Of a stretch of 64,000 bases of DNA, positions 1 through 12,500 are shown piece by piece. Positions within the stretch are counted from its first letter, which is position 1. Each line of letters opens with the position of its first letter. The notes under the pieces were generated by a model. It saw only the letters and a program-made list of their open reading frames with translations. It searched no databases and had not been told where the DNA came from. Location of the stretch: contig OZ316893.1 of the NCBI GenBank assembly GCA_973895155.1, forward strand, positions 24,913,520-24,977,519, read 5' to 3'. Source of the stretch: Marsupella aquatica. Lineage: Eukaryota > Plantae > Marchantiophyta. The translations under genes and the position numbers were made by a program.

Positions 1-3000
1 CCCGCTTCCTGAGACACAACTGACTAATCCTTCATTTTTTATTTTATAAAGCTAACTGCACAGTAGATACGCAACTGAGTTCTGTGGCTATCTATTGTAT
101 CTTCTTTTGCGACTTTGGATCAAATAGACCTGAAAAGAACTCTTCGGCAACAAATATTCTAAATGGAGATTCTTGGGAAGACTCACAATCCTTCTGCCAG
201 AGCTGTCAGATACACCACTGGTTCTAAAGTTGATCCAGCTGAACGAAATACCTGCAGAGAAGCTTGGAACACATTTAAAATTCCAACTACATCAAAACCT
301 CTGATCCTGTTCCAAACACAGGGACACGAGAAAATTAAGATTACTATGAACAAAGTAGATTTATATTGTGTGGGTGCACACTTGCCCACCTCTGTCCCCC
401 GATTGAAATTACTATCGTAGTAGTCCCTACCCCCAACCAGGACCCGTACTGCGCCACTCAATGGATCAATAGCAACCATTGCGGCCTCCATCCTGGTTTG
501 ACCATCACGTTCTCAGCTGCCAAGTATTATACAGATGTCTTTCATAACCATAATCACAGGAGCGCGTTGAGAAGAGTTCGTTCCTCTCATACCTTGATTT
601 TTCAGCAGCCTTGATCTCTTCTGCATACTTGGACATGGTGGCTTGGAGATATTCTTCCCTGCATTGAAGACGCGAGGATGCTGCAATTATGACATTGACT
701 TTGCATTGATTTTAGAGTATGGAATGTGTGATAGAAAATGAAGACTTACGGAACTAAGGATCGCACAGTAACTGCAGCAGCTGCCTTCCTTGCAGCAGGA
801 GATGATATGCTGTCACCAAGTTCGTCTCTGCACAAATACAAAGTGACAATAGCCCCGGATTTCAGCATTATAAACTATCATCAACTTGCTGTTCAAAGTT
901 AACCTGATCTTCAAGCCACAATTGCCCTGATAATAGCAGCTCATCAGGGACATGCGAACATCTTTGAACCTCTGAGAATGTTTTGAAGTTGTGTTACGTA
1001 ACAAGATAATAAAGCCCTCCAAGCGATGCAGAAAGACAAGTGCACGTAACTGATGCAACTTACCTTGTCTCAGATGCTGCTGCTTCAGTTGCCAACTTCT
1101 TGCCTTCGCCGTGCTTTACAAAATGACCTGATTGATCCTCAGGGCTGAAAATCATCACAGAAGGTAGTCCCACGAGAATTCAGTAACAAAGCATATTCTT
1201 CAGATGGGAAGTTGACTACAACCGACACTGGTGATGACAACGTTACCCAATACTTCTCAAGAAACCATTACGTGAAGAATATCTGCATATCCAATAAATA
1301 TTCTTGGGCATTTCTTCAGATATAATGAATCGTATACACGTTTTACAATTGGAATTGCACTTGAAGCACTTGGCTGGTGGTTCCGGTCTTGGCATACACC
1401 AATCCATAAGCCCACTTGACTGCAAATAGATAATACATATGAGGCGACACAAGACGAGACATTGATACAGTTCTATTACTTATTTTGCAGGTTGAAACGG
1501 ACACTAAATCAAAGTATACGGGGGTTACCTTCTAATGGCTCCTTTGACGACTTTGGTGACCTGTTCCTGACGTTCAATTTGAAGAGCTTCCAATCTTTCC
1601 TGCGTTTTCTGCAGCCCTTCATCGGCAAGGAGGATCCTCTCTTCATCATATTCCACTAAGTGATGCAAAACTGCCTTCTCTGCGACGGTTTGCATTGATA
1701 GATCTAACGTCGTGTGCACCTGTGCATCAGCCGTAGAATGTCAGCACTAGATTTCATCTACCTGCAATTCAACAATGTAAAAGCAATGTCACAGAAACGC
1801 GACAGAAGTCTTAGTCGAAACTTGTCATACCTGTAGCCCACCACATGCAACCTTGGACCATCCATATTTCTGAGTCAACTCCGACAACACCTGCCAAAAG
1901 TACGTTCTTCAATCTGCTTCTCTTCAAGGACCAAAATAAAAGTGCACTGTCGCAGAACAGGAACAGAGAAGCAAAATCATTTTTGCTAGCCCATGTTGCA
2001 CAGAGCCAAAAGTTTGCAAGTTGCAACAGACAGTGTCACAAACTAGATGTAGCCGACGCTAATATAAGGGTGCTTGCTGACCTCGCTGACGAAGTAGGGG
2101 GCCTTCCAGGGCCCTGAAGTGCCCTCGTTGCTTTCACTTGCTAGCTTTAAGGGCTGCCTTAGGGCCTCAACCGCACTGGCAGTATCTAAGAAACCAGACT
2201 CCACCATCCGTCTCAATGCTCTTCCTTGGGGTTTTTTGCCTCTACAGCACAAAGAGAGTACATTGTCGCCTTCTGGACATTCAGCCAACCTTAGACAACT
2301 TGTTACTGAACTACTTCAAGACAAGTGCTATTTCCGTCATCGTTAATCAGAGCATACTCCGTAGACCGCAGAGAGCGGGTATAATTCAGCCAAATACTTT
2401 GGTACACTTCTTGGAAGCTTGAACTTGAGATTGATGTAAAAATACTGACATATCCGTTGTTTAAGACAGAGATACAAACCAACATGATTCTCGAGCCAAC
2501 CTGCTTGGATCTCGATAAGGGGATAACAGCTCTGGAGCAGGAATGATGCCAGCCAGCATTGCACATTCTCCTAATGTTAGGTGAGATGGATGTTTGCCAA
2601 AGTAAAGGGCTGAAGCTCCTTCTATGCCATAAACACCGTGTCCCCAATAAATCTAGCGCGCACAATTTCATGAAAAGAGCCCAAATCCATGTAAGAATTG
2701 AGCCAAAAAAGAAATACAAAAGTTGCTAGCAGGTTGAACATTTTGTCTGAATTTAGAGCATTCTTTACTTTAAGATTGAAAAACTGGCAACATCGAATAC
2801 TGCCAATGAGTTGCAGTTGCGGATGCGGATTCCCAAAGCAGCATTACCTTCTTTAAATAACAATGCAAAATATCCCATTTTGACATCTGCTTCTCCAATA
2901 CTAAAGCCAGCAAAATCTCTGAAAGCTTGCGAGTCCACTTTCGTTCATTTGTCAAGACAACATTCTTTATCAGCTGCAGGTTGACAAGAATCATCGTGTT

Positions 3001-4310
3001 AAAAAGACGGCACACACCAAAGAAAGCGAATCTCGTCTGCAGGTTGCCCAACTAAACTATTCCTCAGCATGGAGAAACTTTGTACCGTACAGACGATCTA
3101 TTCCCTTATACTTCATGTTCCAATCCAAAATAAAGTTGTGCGTGGGTCATTATCTTGAAAGCGTTGCTTTCTCCAAGAATTAGAATCAGCCACATTCGAT
3201 GTGAATTCCTCAATTAAAAAACCATACAGGAACGAAAACGAAGACAACCCTTCCTGCTCTCAAAAGAAGGGGAAAAACGTTTCAAAAATGAAAAGGTTTT
3301 GCCAGGGAGTGAATGCCAACCTGTTGTGTTAGTGTACTACCCCCTCCTCTGGTAGATAAAGATAACACAGCTCGAGAAAGACCTCGAGGATCGACACCAT
3401 GATGCTTGAAAAATCGCCGATCTTCTGATGCAACCACAGCCTGCCACAACCAAGCAGGAATTTCGGCAGGATGGACGCTCATTGTGGTTTCTGACCTTCG
3501 TGAGCTTCGTGGGAGGGTATCATCTTGCTTGTAACTATACCCTCCAGGTGCGATTGAGGCAATGACAATGCCGTGACGATCATAGAGCACCGTTGGCGAT
3601 TGAGGGTCACCTTGACTGTGTCCTTCAACTTTTGGTGCGTCATCAAAGAGCATCCTCCACCGACTTTCAAAGTCCGGTGGAAGAGTAGAGAGCAAGATTG
3701 TGATTACCCATCCAACCCCTCCGAAACAAGCCGCAATTGCAAGCGTGCGCATGGAGAGCTTTATCATCGATGATTTTCTGTTCACATTCTCACCATCATC
3801 GTCACCTTTGGAACTCGAAGAGGAAGTTGAAGCCATTACGAGTCCACACGGTGTTTTGCTGTGTGTGCACCCTTTGCATGATGATGATGATGATTCGAGG
3901 ACTGAATAGTCAAGTAGCAGACCAACAGAGGGAGTCCTAGTCTTCTCCGATTTTTGCCTCACTGGTTGGGAAATTGACCCTTCCATCCCAAATCCAGCTT
4001 CTAAAGATTCTTTTCCTCTACGATGCTGTAAACCTCCACCGCCACCACCATTGGCGTTGCAGCAGCATTGTTGGTCTACCCCCAAAATTCCGCAACGACA
4101 GCTGATTACACTGCATTTGCCCCCCGGGATTGCAGAGGAAATCCCAGTAGAACCAGCATTTTGACTCTTTGCAACATTCCCGATGACACTCTTCTTGAAA
4201 TCGTGCCTCCCAGCATCGCTCCTGCAGCTGCTGCCGCCACTGAACTCGCCAAGACATAAATCTCGGAGTAGACCAATGTTCGGGCTGCAGCAAAAGCTGC
4301 GGCTCCCCAT
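1..4310 (-). CDS. Plastid-type bifunctional class A penicillin-binding protein (PBP1A-like; GT51 transglycosylase + transpeptidase), multi-exon, 3' end beyond the left edge of the window
   Basis: Hand-spliced GT-AG exons: 4310-3321, 2973-2848, 2652-2501, 2241-2082, 1890-1831, 1719-1529, 1144-1064, 809-750, 658-593, 492-390, 251-187, then 8-1 continuing out of the window. GT51 motifs are present: ASEDRRFFKHHGVD, GGSTLTQQLIKN, RKLSE, IYWGHGVYG, LAGIIPAP. Linker/TP motifs follow: APYF, VHTTLD, AAMVAIDPLSGAVRVLVGGRDY, FNRGT, GSTLEP. The N-terminus is long and Ser-rich (transit-peptide-like) with one TM segment (LAIAACFGGVGWVITILL). Confidence 0.93.
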
Positions 4311-4886
4311 CCTCTGCGAGCAGCTAGTCCCTCGGTCAGTCGAGAAACCTTCAACTTATATTTGAAAAATCCATCACATGTCAGTCATGTACTGAAACGA
4401 GAGATTGTTTCCTCTGTTCACGTTACTGCATAAGGCAGTGGAATAGTAGAAGAATCACATTACCAAAGACGTGCATTCACTTCACTGCCGAAATCATCTG
4501 TGGCAATCCCAGATGTTGGATCGTTTCAATTTGAGAAAATGGCCAATCTGGATGACAGACACGAGGTCCACATTCCCCCAGCTCGAGACGAGAATGGACT
4601 CAGCTCCGCACTCGAATTCATCTCATCCGAACAGGGGCACTCCAAATAGGCATCTCAAATTGGGAAAACTACAGTAGTGCAGAATTGATTCGAAGTATGG
4701 TACGATGAAGCTTCATTACAGTACCCAAAGTGGGTGGTCCCCTCCCACCTTGACAGTTCCTTGAAACCGCATTTATTACAACCTCTTGAGCTGGTGTCTT
4801 TTGGGGGAGCTGGATTTCTGGCCTTGGATGCCACTCTCTTCTTTTTGGTTTCGCTTATGCTGGCTGCTAATGCTTGAGCAGATTAC

Positions 4887-4960
4887 CTCGATGTGGATGA
4901 AGTACCTCGATGTGCTCGATGTGGATGAAGTACCTCGATGTGGATGAAGTACCTCGATGA
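4887..4960. repeat. Short tandem repeat (gatgtggatgaagtacctc, about 3 copies)
   Basis: The reiteration is directly visible. Confidence 0.7.
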
Positions 4961-5105
4961 AGATGAAGATGATAACAAGGGTTCCGAACTTCTCATGGAG
5001 AATTTGCAAGCTGCCCACCACCTGGTGTGTGTATTTTATGTAAGGCATCTGTGTGTAATTTATGTAAGGCACTTTATAGATGCCCAACCATTTTTGGAGG
5101 TACCT

Positions 5106-5188
5106 GGTATTCCCATAATCTCGTGCCCTGAAGTAAACTTTTCCCGGATATTCCCATAATCTCTTGCCCAAAAGTAACTTTTCCCGGA
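5106..5188. repeat. ~42-bp tandem duplication
   Basis: tattcccataatctc...gtaa(a)cttttcccgga occurs twice in a row. Confidence 0.7.
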
Positions 5189-5869
5189 CACTGATTACGC
5201 ACTGTAATAGGGTGTCTCACATATGGCCAGTTGCAGGAAATTTCAGCGCCAGGGAGTATCGGTGCCTGGGCCTCAGGACAGGACTGGTCAGGCACCGATT
5301 GTGGTGCCCGACCAGTCACGCCCGGGACATTTACACCGGAAACCCCCGCCCACCGCGTTTAGCCCTTCACGCAACAGCACAGCAATCGCGCTAAACAGCA
5401 CAGGGAGCAATGTGTCGTCGACTCTGCGGCATCTCCACCCACGACCCGTCTCAGAATTGACTACCCCAAAATTTCTTGACCCGCATCAACACTGTCGCGG
5501 TGCGCCTGACTGCGTCTCGGGTCGCCCGCGTTTGAATTATTTTTCCATAATTGAGACGCCCTAATAGAGGTCTGGACAGGGTTCTAGCCTGAACCCTGCT
5601 GCAAGAAAGTTGAGAAAAGCTTCCCCACTGCAGCTGGTTGGGTTTTAGTCACTTTCTTGTACAGGGGTTAGTAACCAGACCAGACCCCCATTATCCTATG
5701 CATTCACCTGCAAGGCTGCCCTTAGAATGAGCTGTAGTGGGTTAAGACCAGGCTTTTCAGAGGTTTCCAAGTTGCTTTTTCAGTTTACTGTGTAGTATGG
5801 CTTTAGCTATTCTGCCTTGTTCGGACTTTGGGATTTTTGGCTCTTTTATCTTGCTGTGGTTTATGCCCT

Positions 5870-6095
5870 GTTTTGGCTCCCTTGTTATTTGAGGTGGTTA
5901 TCATGGTTTTTCTCCTTATTTTTCCTGTTTCTTGCTTGTTATTGGGTCAACTGCATTTGGGGGATACTGTTTCTTTTATCTTGATGTTGTTTATTTTCTG
6001 TTTTGGCCCCCTTATTGGGGTGGTCATAGTCGTATTTTCCTTGTTTTTTCCTGTTTCCTCCTTATTATTGGGTCTCCTGCCTCTGGGGATAATGT
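5870..6095. repeat. Degenerate ~130-bp tandem duplication (T-rich)
   Basis: There are two related blocks, ...ttatt(t/g)g(a/g)ggtggt...tttttcctgtttc...ttattgggtc...tggggata. This explains the internally repeated hydrophobic ORF at 5828-6100. Confidence 0.55.
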
Positions 6096-7913
6096 TTTGA
6101 GATTTGGCTCCTTTGGTTGGGAGTGTGCTTGTTAGCACTTGCCAGTTTCCATTTAGATGATAAGTTCCTGGATAGCTCTGCCAAGTGATAAGAGATTGAC
6201 CTCCAGTTTCTAAGTGTCTACTATTTTGTGTGCAAAGGGCTGTGCTGGTCCCCTACTACAATTCTGATTCAGGTGAATGGTTCTTGAACAATACATTTAT
6301 TACAACCCCTTGGGTCCCACCCTTAGATGTTATCCACCTGTCAGTTTTCATTCAGGTTATAAGAGAATATTTTGTGTGCAAAGAGCTTTGGTGAACCCAA
6401 AGTTGAGTGCAAAGTAAAACCCACTTTGGGATGGGGGTTTGCAAAAGCTGCTGCTCTTATGAAACCTGAGTTTTTCCAAGTCATATGTGTTGTGTGCAAA
6501 GGGCTTTGGTGCAATGGAGGTTTGTGCAAAATCTGGTGCTCTTACAAAGCTTGAACTTGTAGCCTTGCCAAAATGAAGAATCATATGGGCAAGAGTGAAG
6601 TGGGGCAGAAAGAAGATGGAAATAGTTGGAGTAAAAAATGGGAGGGGGATGAAAGAGAATATCCAGTGCCTCACAAAATCACTGTGAATAGTGTTTTGTG
6701 GTGCTTCAAGTCTTGAAACACTAAAATTGGTTTGGTTGCAATTCCTAAATCTGTTGTTGCTAAAGCACAAGACAATCTCGAGAGATGTAATTAAACAAGT
6801 AGAGGCCGGCATGGTTAACCAAGAATGAGATCGGACCAATGCACGGACCAATGAAAGTACATTTTTAATTAGGGTTTAGTGGCAACAAATCAGGTGCACA
6901 CAATTGTTGCAGACTTAGACTGACTTAGCATGAGAAGGTTTCAATAATTCCTTCTAGGGCTAAATGTCACTTATTACACAAATTAATGTAAATATGGATT
7001 ACCACATAGTATTATTACATTCATATTTATGTAAAAATATGACTGATTCATTTGTAGAATTTTGTTTTTGTATTCATAATTTGTTTTCACATGATTCTGT
7101 CTCACTATGGATGTTAAAGCAATACCCCTCAAAGATCCTCATTTATTCTTGGTGTGATGCTTTTTGTTTTCTAAACTTTATTATCAGTCAGCTTAATTAA
7201 AGATATTAAACTATATTATATTTAGCAGAAACTGGAATTTAATAAATATACCAGTATTGTCAAAATTGGTGTTAGATGGCTATTGCTGGGCTACGCTTGC
7301 TTGGACAACTAATATTGAACAGACTTTGCACTTATGTGACACCACCAGTAGCTTGATAGGTAGCATTTAGAAATGTGAAGACATACACCTTATGTGTGAA
7401 ATGGGCGGCATGTGATAATGGGCAGTGTGATAAGAGACAGCATTGAATGGCTGGACCCAATTGGCAGAAATAAATGAGTTTTGCAGGAACACTCATCCAT
7501 AATACTTTGGACAGCTCATTTGGATCTTGGAACTTTTCAAGGCACACTTTGAAAACAAATTTGGCACAAGTACCACTAACAGCCACTGTTTATTTTGGAA
7601 TTTATTTGCCTTGGTGAACATTTGATCTGCTCACTTCCCATTATCTGCATTTTGAGTCATAGATAGCAGTTTTGTGGTCAAAGCAGAGATGATGGTCATA
7701 CCCAAAAATTCCTCCAAAAGGTTATAGGGCCAGTGGAAATGCTCTTGTAAAGGAAGTTATATAGTTAAGGTCTCTGGCTGACCTATAATTGGGTATAGCA
7801 TCTACCACTGTCTGTCAAGGTGGGGTATGCACCTAGGTGGCATATGGGAGGTGCAGAGTTGTAAAATTTGGGAATCATAGGCCTACCAACTCGGCTAATA
7901 TCATCTCAGCCAA

Positions 7914-8080
7914 GGGGTATTTGCTTGATGGACCGCAAAATGAAACTGTGACTTGATGAGACTCCTGAGGTTTTGGGCATGTTGGCTTAAGGCCTATCAA
8001 AGTCTATCAAGAGTCTGGATCACTCGAGGGTCCCATCAAGTAAGACTTTTCATTTTGGGAGTCCATCAAGTATATACCAC
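7914..8080. mobile_element. Mutator-like MITE (167 bp) with ~56-bp imperfect TIRs and a 10-bp target-site duplication
   Basis: The left arm GGGGTATTTGCTTGATGGACCGCAAAATGAAACTGTGACTTGATGAGACTCCTGAG pairs with the reverse complement of the right arm, GTGGTATATACTTGATGGACTCCCAAAATGAAAAGTCTTACTTGATGGGACCCTCGAG. The flanks are TCTCAGCCAA (7904-7913) and TCTCGGCCAA (8081-8090). Confidence 0.8.
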
Positions 8081-9161
8081 TCTCGGCCAACCTCAATTTG
8101 GAGAAGATTGAAGATGAGCGCCCAGTAACAACATACAGGTTATCTGAGGGTGTGAAAAGGCCGTAATTATGGATCTGGTCTGGAGCTAGTTGAAACGAGA
8201 TCGATTATTCAAGAGATACAAAGGTTTCTTGGATTTTCCGGTCCTTTGAGCTATGGCGGTACTGACAGTTATAGAGGAGATTGGGGTCGACGTTTGAGAT
8301 GATGATGATGATGATTCTCGTTTGACTCATGAACGAAGTGAGGCTGTATATTAGACTTTTGCACATACCCTTGGATAGAGACTGTAGCTGTTCTCTGTTT
8401 CTTGGCTCTCCTGATGAGCAACCTAAGCAAGTTGCAATGTAGGTTTTATTGTGGACCCGTCATTTGAACATCCAGCTGATGTCTTGGACAAAAAGTCTAG
8501 GAGAGCTGAATTTCCGTGTTTATTTGCTCTAGACAATAGCATCCAAACGAAGCTTTTTGACTTGGTTATTGAGCCTGCACCGGCAACATTGACATATTCA
8601 GGGATGCAGGCCACCGTAAAATAGTCAGGCTATCAAATGACAACTTCGTGGCTATTTACTTTCCCTAGAAAACCATCAATCTGACTCTGCCTTCGAAACA
8701 ACGAGAGCAGTTCCCCACTGGCCTCAGCATATTAAAGTCTGCTGACGAGGATAAAATATTCATGACGATATGACTTTAAACCTCGTTTGCAGATACCTCT
8801 TCAGCCACAAGAATATTACAGTCGCCCACATATTTGCAAAGGAATTGACTATCACCGCCAATGAAGTCATGAATCCCAACACGGACTGCAAGCAATGCAA
8901 TCGTCGTAATATGTACAAAAAATATTATGTTACAGATTGAACAAACCCAAATTGCGCCATGCCAGATCCAGACTCGTAAGGGACTGCACTGTAGCTTTCT
9001 GTGACATTATATTCGTGGCATGTCGAAAGTTGCATGGACCACTTGGCAGTACAATCTAGAGAACGATTTCAAGCAAATCTTGCCTGCTAAACCCCTCCAT
9101 ATCCCGCAAACAATTTTCTATTTCAAATGCCAGGATGCGACGGTTGCCATTGCCAACTTGA

Positions 9162-11264
9162 CTACCTAGGGGTTTCTGACGTAGTCGTCCTGGACTTTTT
9201 CCTTGACCCAGGATCATTGCCTTGAGAATTATTTCCATCAATCACTTTAAGTTTGTTTTGAATGGCAGCAATCTTTGCGCTTTTACTAAGGGAGACAGCC
9301 GACGGTACTTGAGCACCCATATCCTTGGAAGTCGATGACCGTGCGTCCCTTTTTCGCAAAGGGGCATCGGCATTGCGAGTTACCACTTTTTCATCGACAA
9401 AGCGAACAACAAGAGGTCGCCCAAAGGCCATCCGTCCATTCATACTCTCTTTCGCGCTCTCTGCATCCTGTTTCAAACCAGATTTGGGATCAAACCAGTC
9501 AGCATTACTTGGTAAAAATATCTTTCAGAGAGAGGTCATGTTAATGCACACATACAGCTTCAACCCTCACCTTCCATACGGTTGTGTTTCTTTACAGTGA
9601 GGGGTTTGAAGTCTCAAGACATGAAACATAAATCATTTCCGGACAGCAGGTGTGGCACAGTAAGAGTGCCCAAAAAATATTAAAATAAGCAAGGTTAACA
9701 AACCAATAGGGCAAAGTTCACGGAAGAGAGGAAAGGCTCCCATGACAAGTCCGCTTCGTAATTTTCATCGTCTACAGACCTCTCGTCGATGGTATTCAAC
9801 AAAGGCAAAACCCCGTGGCTCACCCCGTTTGGGACCATGAGTGTGCCACATGTATTCTTCACATCGGATTTTCCCAAACGGTGAGAACATCTTGATGATA
9901 TGATATCTGCACATTCAGTCAATATTATCATTCAGTTCAGAGAAAGTCCCCAGTATAAGCCGTGCAGTGTTTGCGGACATAAGACTTGCTCACTGTCATC
10001 CACTAAGAGACCGAGATGAGAAAATATTCATTGCTGGAATAGCCCTTAATTTCTAGATGATTCCCACGTGTGAATAACCCCTTCATGTTCCCGAATGATC
10101 AGGAGATCAACAGAGCGATACCAAACTTATGAATGCTTTCTATTCACATTAGCATGAATCCAACATGCCATTTTCCTTAGAAATATCAAAATCTTTGATA
10201 TTTCTGGTACTTCTGCCGCCTTAAGTATCTGTCCCTTGCCCGAATCGGGGACCTCTGGATTGCACTATTCATTTTTCCCTTCTAAAACCATACCCATTAG
10301 AGTTTGAGGTCAGGACGGAGGCCATGCAAGACTCTGCAACCTGATGAAATCAGTTGTTGTAAGGTAAGTAGACGCCGAATACGGTTCTGGAAAAACTACA
10401 GATCCGAAAGTATCCGAAATGTCCCGCTGCACTGACGCACTTCAGATGAACTAAGATGCTTATTTCTCAGAGAAGTTGCTGATCCTCTTGCTTAGTTTCC
10501 TTTGCAACTTCACCGTACTAGATTCAACTTCATGATTCTAGAACATTTTCATCCTGAACGTTTCGTCCCCTTCACCAGTTGGGAATCTTTTGGACTTCAC
10601 TGTTAGTTTCATTAATATCAGGATTGCTTCGTTTATCATCCACTGGAAGAAAAGGATCCCACAACAGAAATTTGGGTGCCCTGACTACTGCTTTCGAATC
10701 ATTGAACGAGGTACTCACTCAGTGACACGATGGTCAAGGTTGCCTAGGTAAAGCTTGTGCTCTCGGGTTTGCTCCCGAGTATCGTTAACCAGTTCATGCT
10801 TGTCCACCCCCTGCAATGAGCCTCATCAGTGCACAGAACCAGAGAGAGAAAAAGTAGTGGGAGAGGGTTAAGGACGAATGAATCAAACGATCGGCATTTA
10901 AAATGGACCCAGGATATCGAGTAGACGCACTCAGGATGAACCAGCACTTCTAAGGCATCAGTGATTCGTGTGACTACAACTTGTCAGACCTATTTCTAGC
11001 CTTCTGGACAATGCCCTCTTACAGTACGGGAAATATAAAAATGAAAAGTAAGGTTTTCTCTAATCAAAAAGAAAGAAAGAGAAAAATGGTTGCTCTCTAC
11101 TTACAAGAGGGCGCTTCAGCATTATGCCTGTATGACTTCTTGTGAGCAGAATCCCTTCCCTTACTGATCACCTCTGTGAAAACAAATTCTTACGTCGAGA
11201 ATGTGGATTCTACTTGAGAAGGTTTGCAGTTCTCAACATTTGCCCAGCCGTGTGAAACCATCAT
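9162..11264 (-). CDS. RBM18: Single-RRM RNA-binding protein, RBM18-like
   Basis: Exons: tentative ATG mini-exon 11264-11259; 10810-~10719 (EHKLYLGNLDHRVTE, RNP2); 9906-9780 (YHIIKMFSPFGKIRCEEYMWHTHGPKRGEPRGFAFVEY, RNP1); 9467-9162 (DAESAKESMNGRMAFGRPLVVRF...SKSAKIAAIQNKLK). The start exon is less certain than the rest. Confidence 0.87.
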
Positions 11265-11894
11265 GACCTCCTGCACCAGTGAACACTTGTATATCTCCTG
11301 TCCCTGCTGCCGCTTTTTCTTCAGCATAGCTAGGACAACCCTAATCGACGATCAAACGCTGAAAAATTGAGACAGATCTCAGCTCTCCGACAGGCGAAAC
11401 CGAATTACGAGACAGTCTATCTGCATCGTAGGTATTAATTACGAGGATCCGCCCAAACCATCATCCCGACCTCCACTTCCCTTCCATCTAGCGTAAAGCC
11501 CTCAGTACTCCGCTGCACAACACTTCCCCCTCCCAATCCGTGACTCTCGAGGGGGATCGACTACTAAACCATCTCCATCACACAATGCCAAGCCCTAAAT
11601 CCCAAATCTGCGCCAGTGAGCTTTCATTCTCGCAGCAGCAGCTTTTTATTATCCGCACATCGAAAGCTTGACACCGATTATGTATGTATTCCGGATTTGA
11701 ACGCTCTGAAAGTTAGATATCTTCGGCAGTGTGATATATATGTGAAGGAGGTGTGGCTGGAATTCTTGACAAGTATGCGGATCCAACAAGCACCTTCACC
11801 ACACCTGCGCGAGCTCTCTGGTCCTGGATTTAGAAGACCACCAGCTTTCCGCTGCAGATAGTTGTTCTTCCGAGTGGGCTCCAGACTCCCTAGG

Positions 11895-12500
11895 ATCCAA
11901 ACGAAGGCACCCAAGTCGAACGACAAAGGGTAAATCCCTGCTCCAACGCAGAATTGCCTAAAAGAGCCGAATCAGAGATGATAAAAAGTCTCCAGAGCAT
12001 CCAAAAGAAGACACCCAAGTCGAGCGACAAGCAAATCCCTGCTCCACCGCAGTATTGAAGAAAAGAGCCGAATTAGAGATGATAAAACAGTCACCACAGC
12101 ATCCAAACGAAGACACCCAAGTCGAACTACAAAAAGTAAATCCCTGCTCCACCACAGAATTGCCAAAAAGAGCCGAATCAGAGATGATAAAACAGTCTCC
12201 ACAGCATCCAAGCGAAGACACCCAAGTCGAACGAAAACTGATTTTCCCTGCTCCACCGCAGAAATGCCAAAAAGAGCCGAATCAGAGATGATGAAACAGT
12301 CTCCAGAGCATCCAAAAGATGACACCCAAGTCGAACGACAACAGATTTTCCCTGCTCCACCGCAGAATTGCCAACAAGAGCTAAATCAGAGAAGATGAAA
12401 CAGTCTCCAGAGCATCCAAAAGAAGACACCCAAGTCGAACGACAACGGATTTCCCTGCTCCACGGCAGAATTGCCAACAAGAGTCGAATCAGTGAAGATG
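11895..12500. repeat. Tandem array of a ~104-bp unit, about 6 copies
   Basis: The marker gaatcagagatgat recurs at about 11969, 12070, 12175, 12279, 12383 and 12486. The unit also contains gacacccaagtcgaac and ccctgctccaccgcagaattgcc. Confidence 0.92.

Noticed and set aside
5828-6100. Hydrophobic 90-aa ORF resembling a membrane protein
   Set aside because: It arises from a T-rich tandem duplication, has a non-ATG start and matches no family I recognise.
11895-12500. Possible CRISPR-like array or repeat-protein ORFs
   Set aside because: Whole units repeat with no unique spacers and no cas genes, in a eukaryotic context. Unit lengths break the reading frame.
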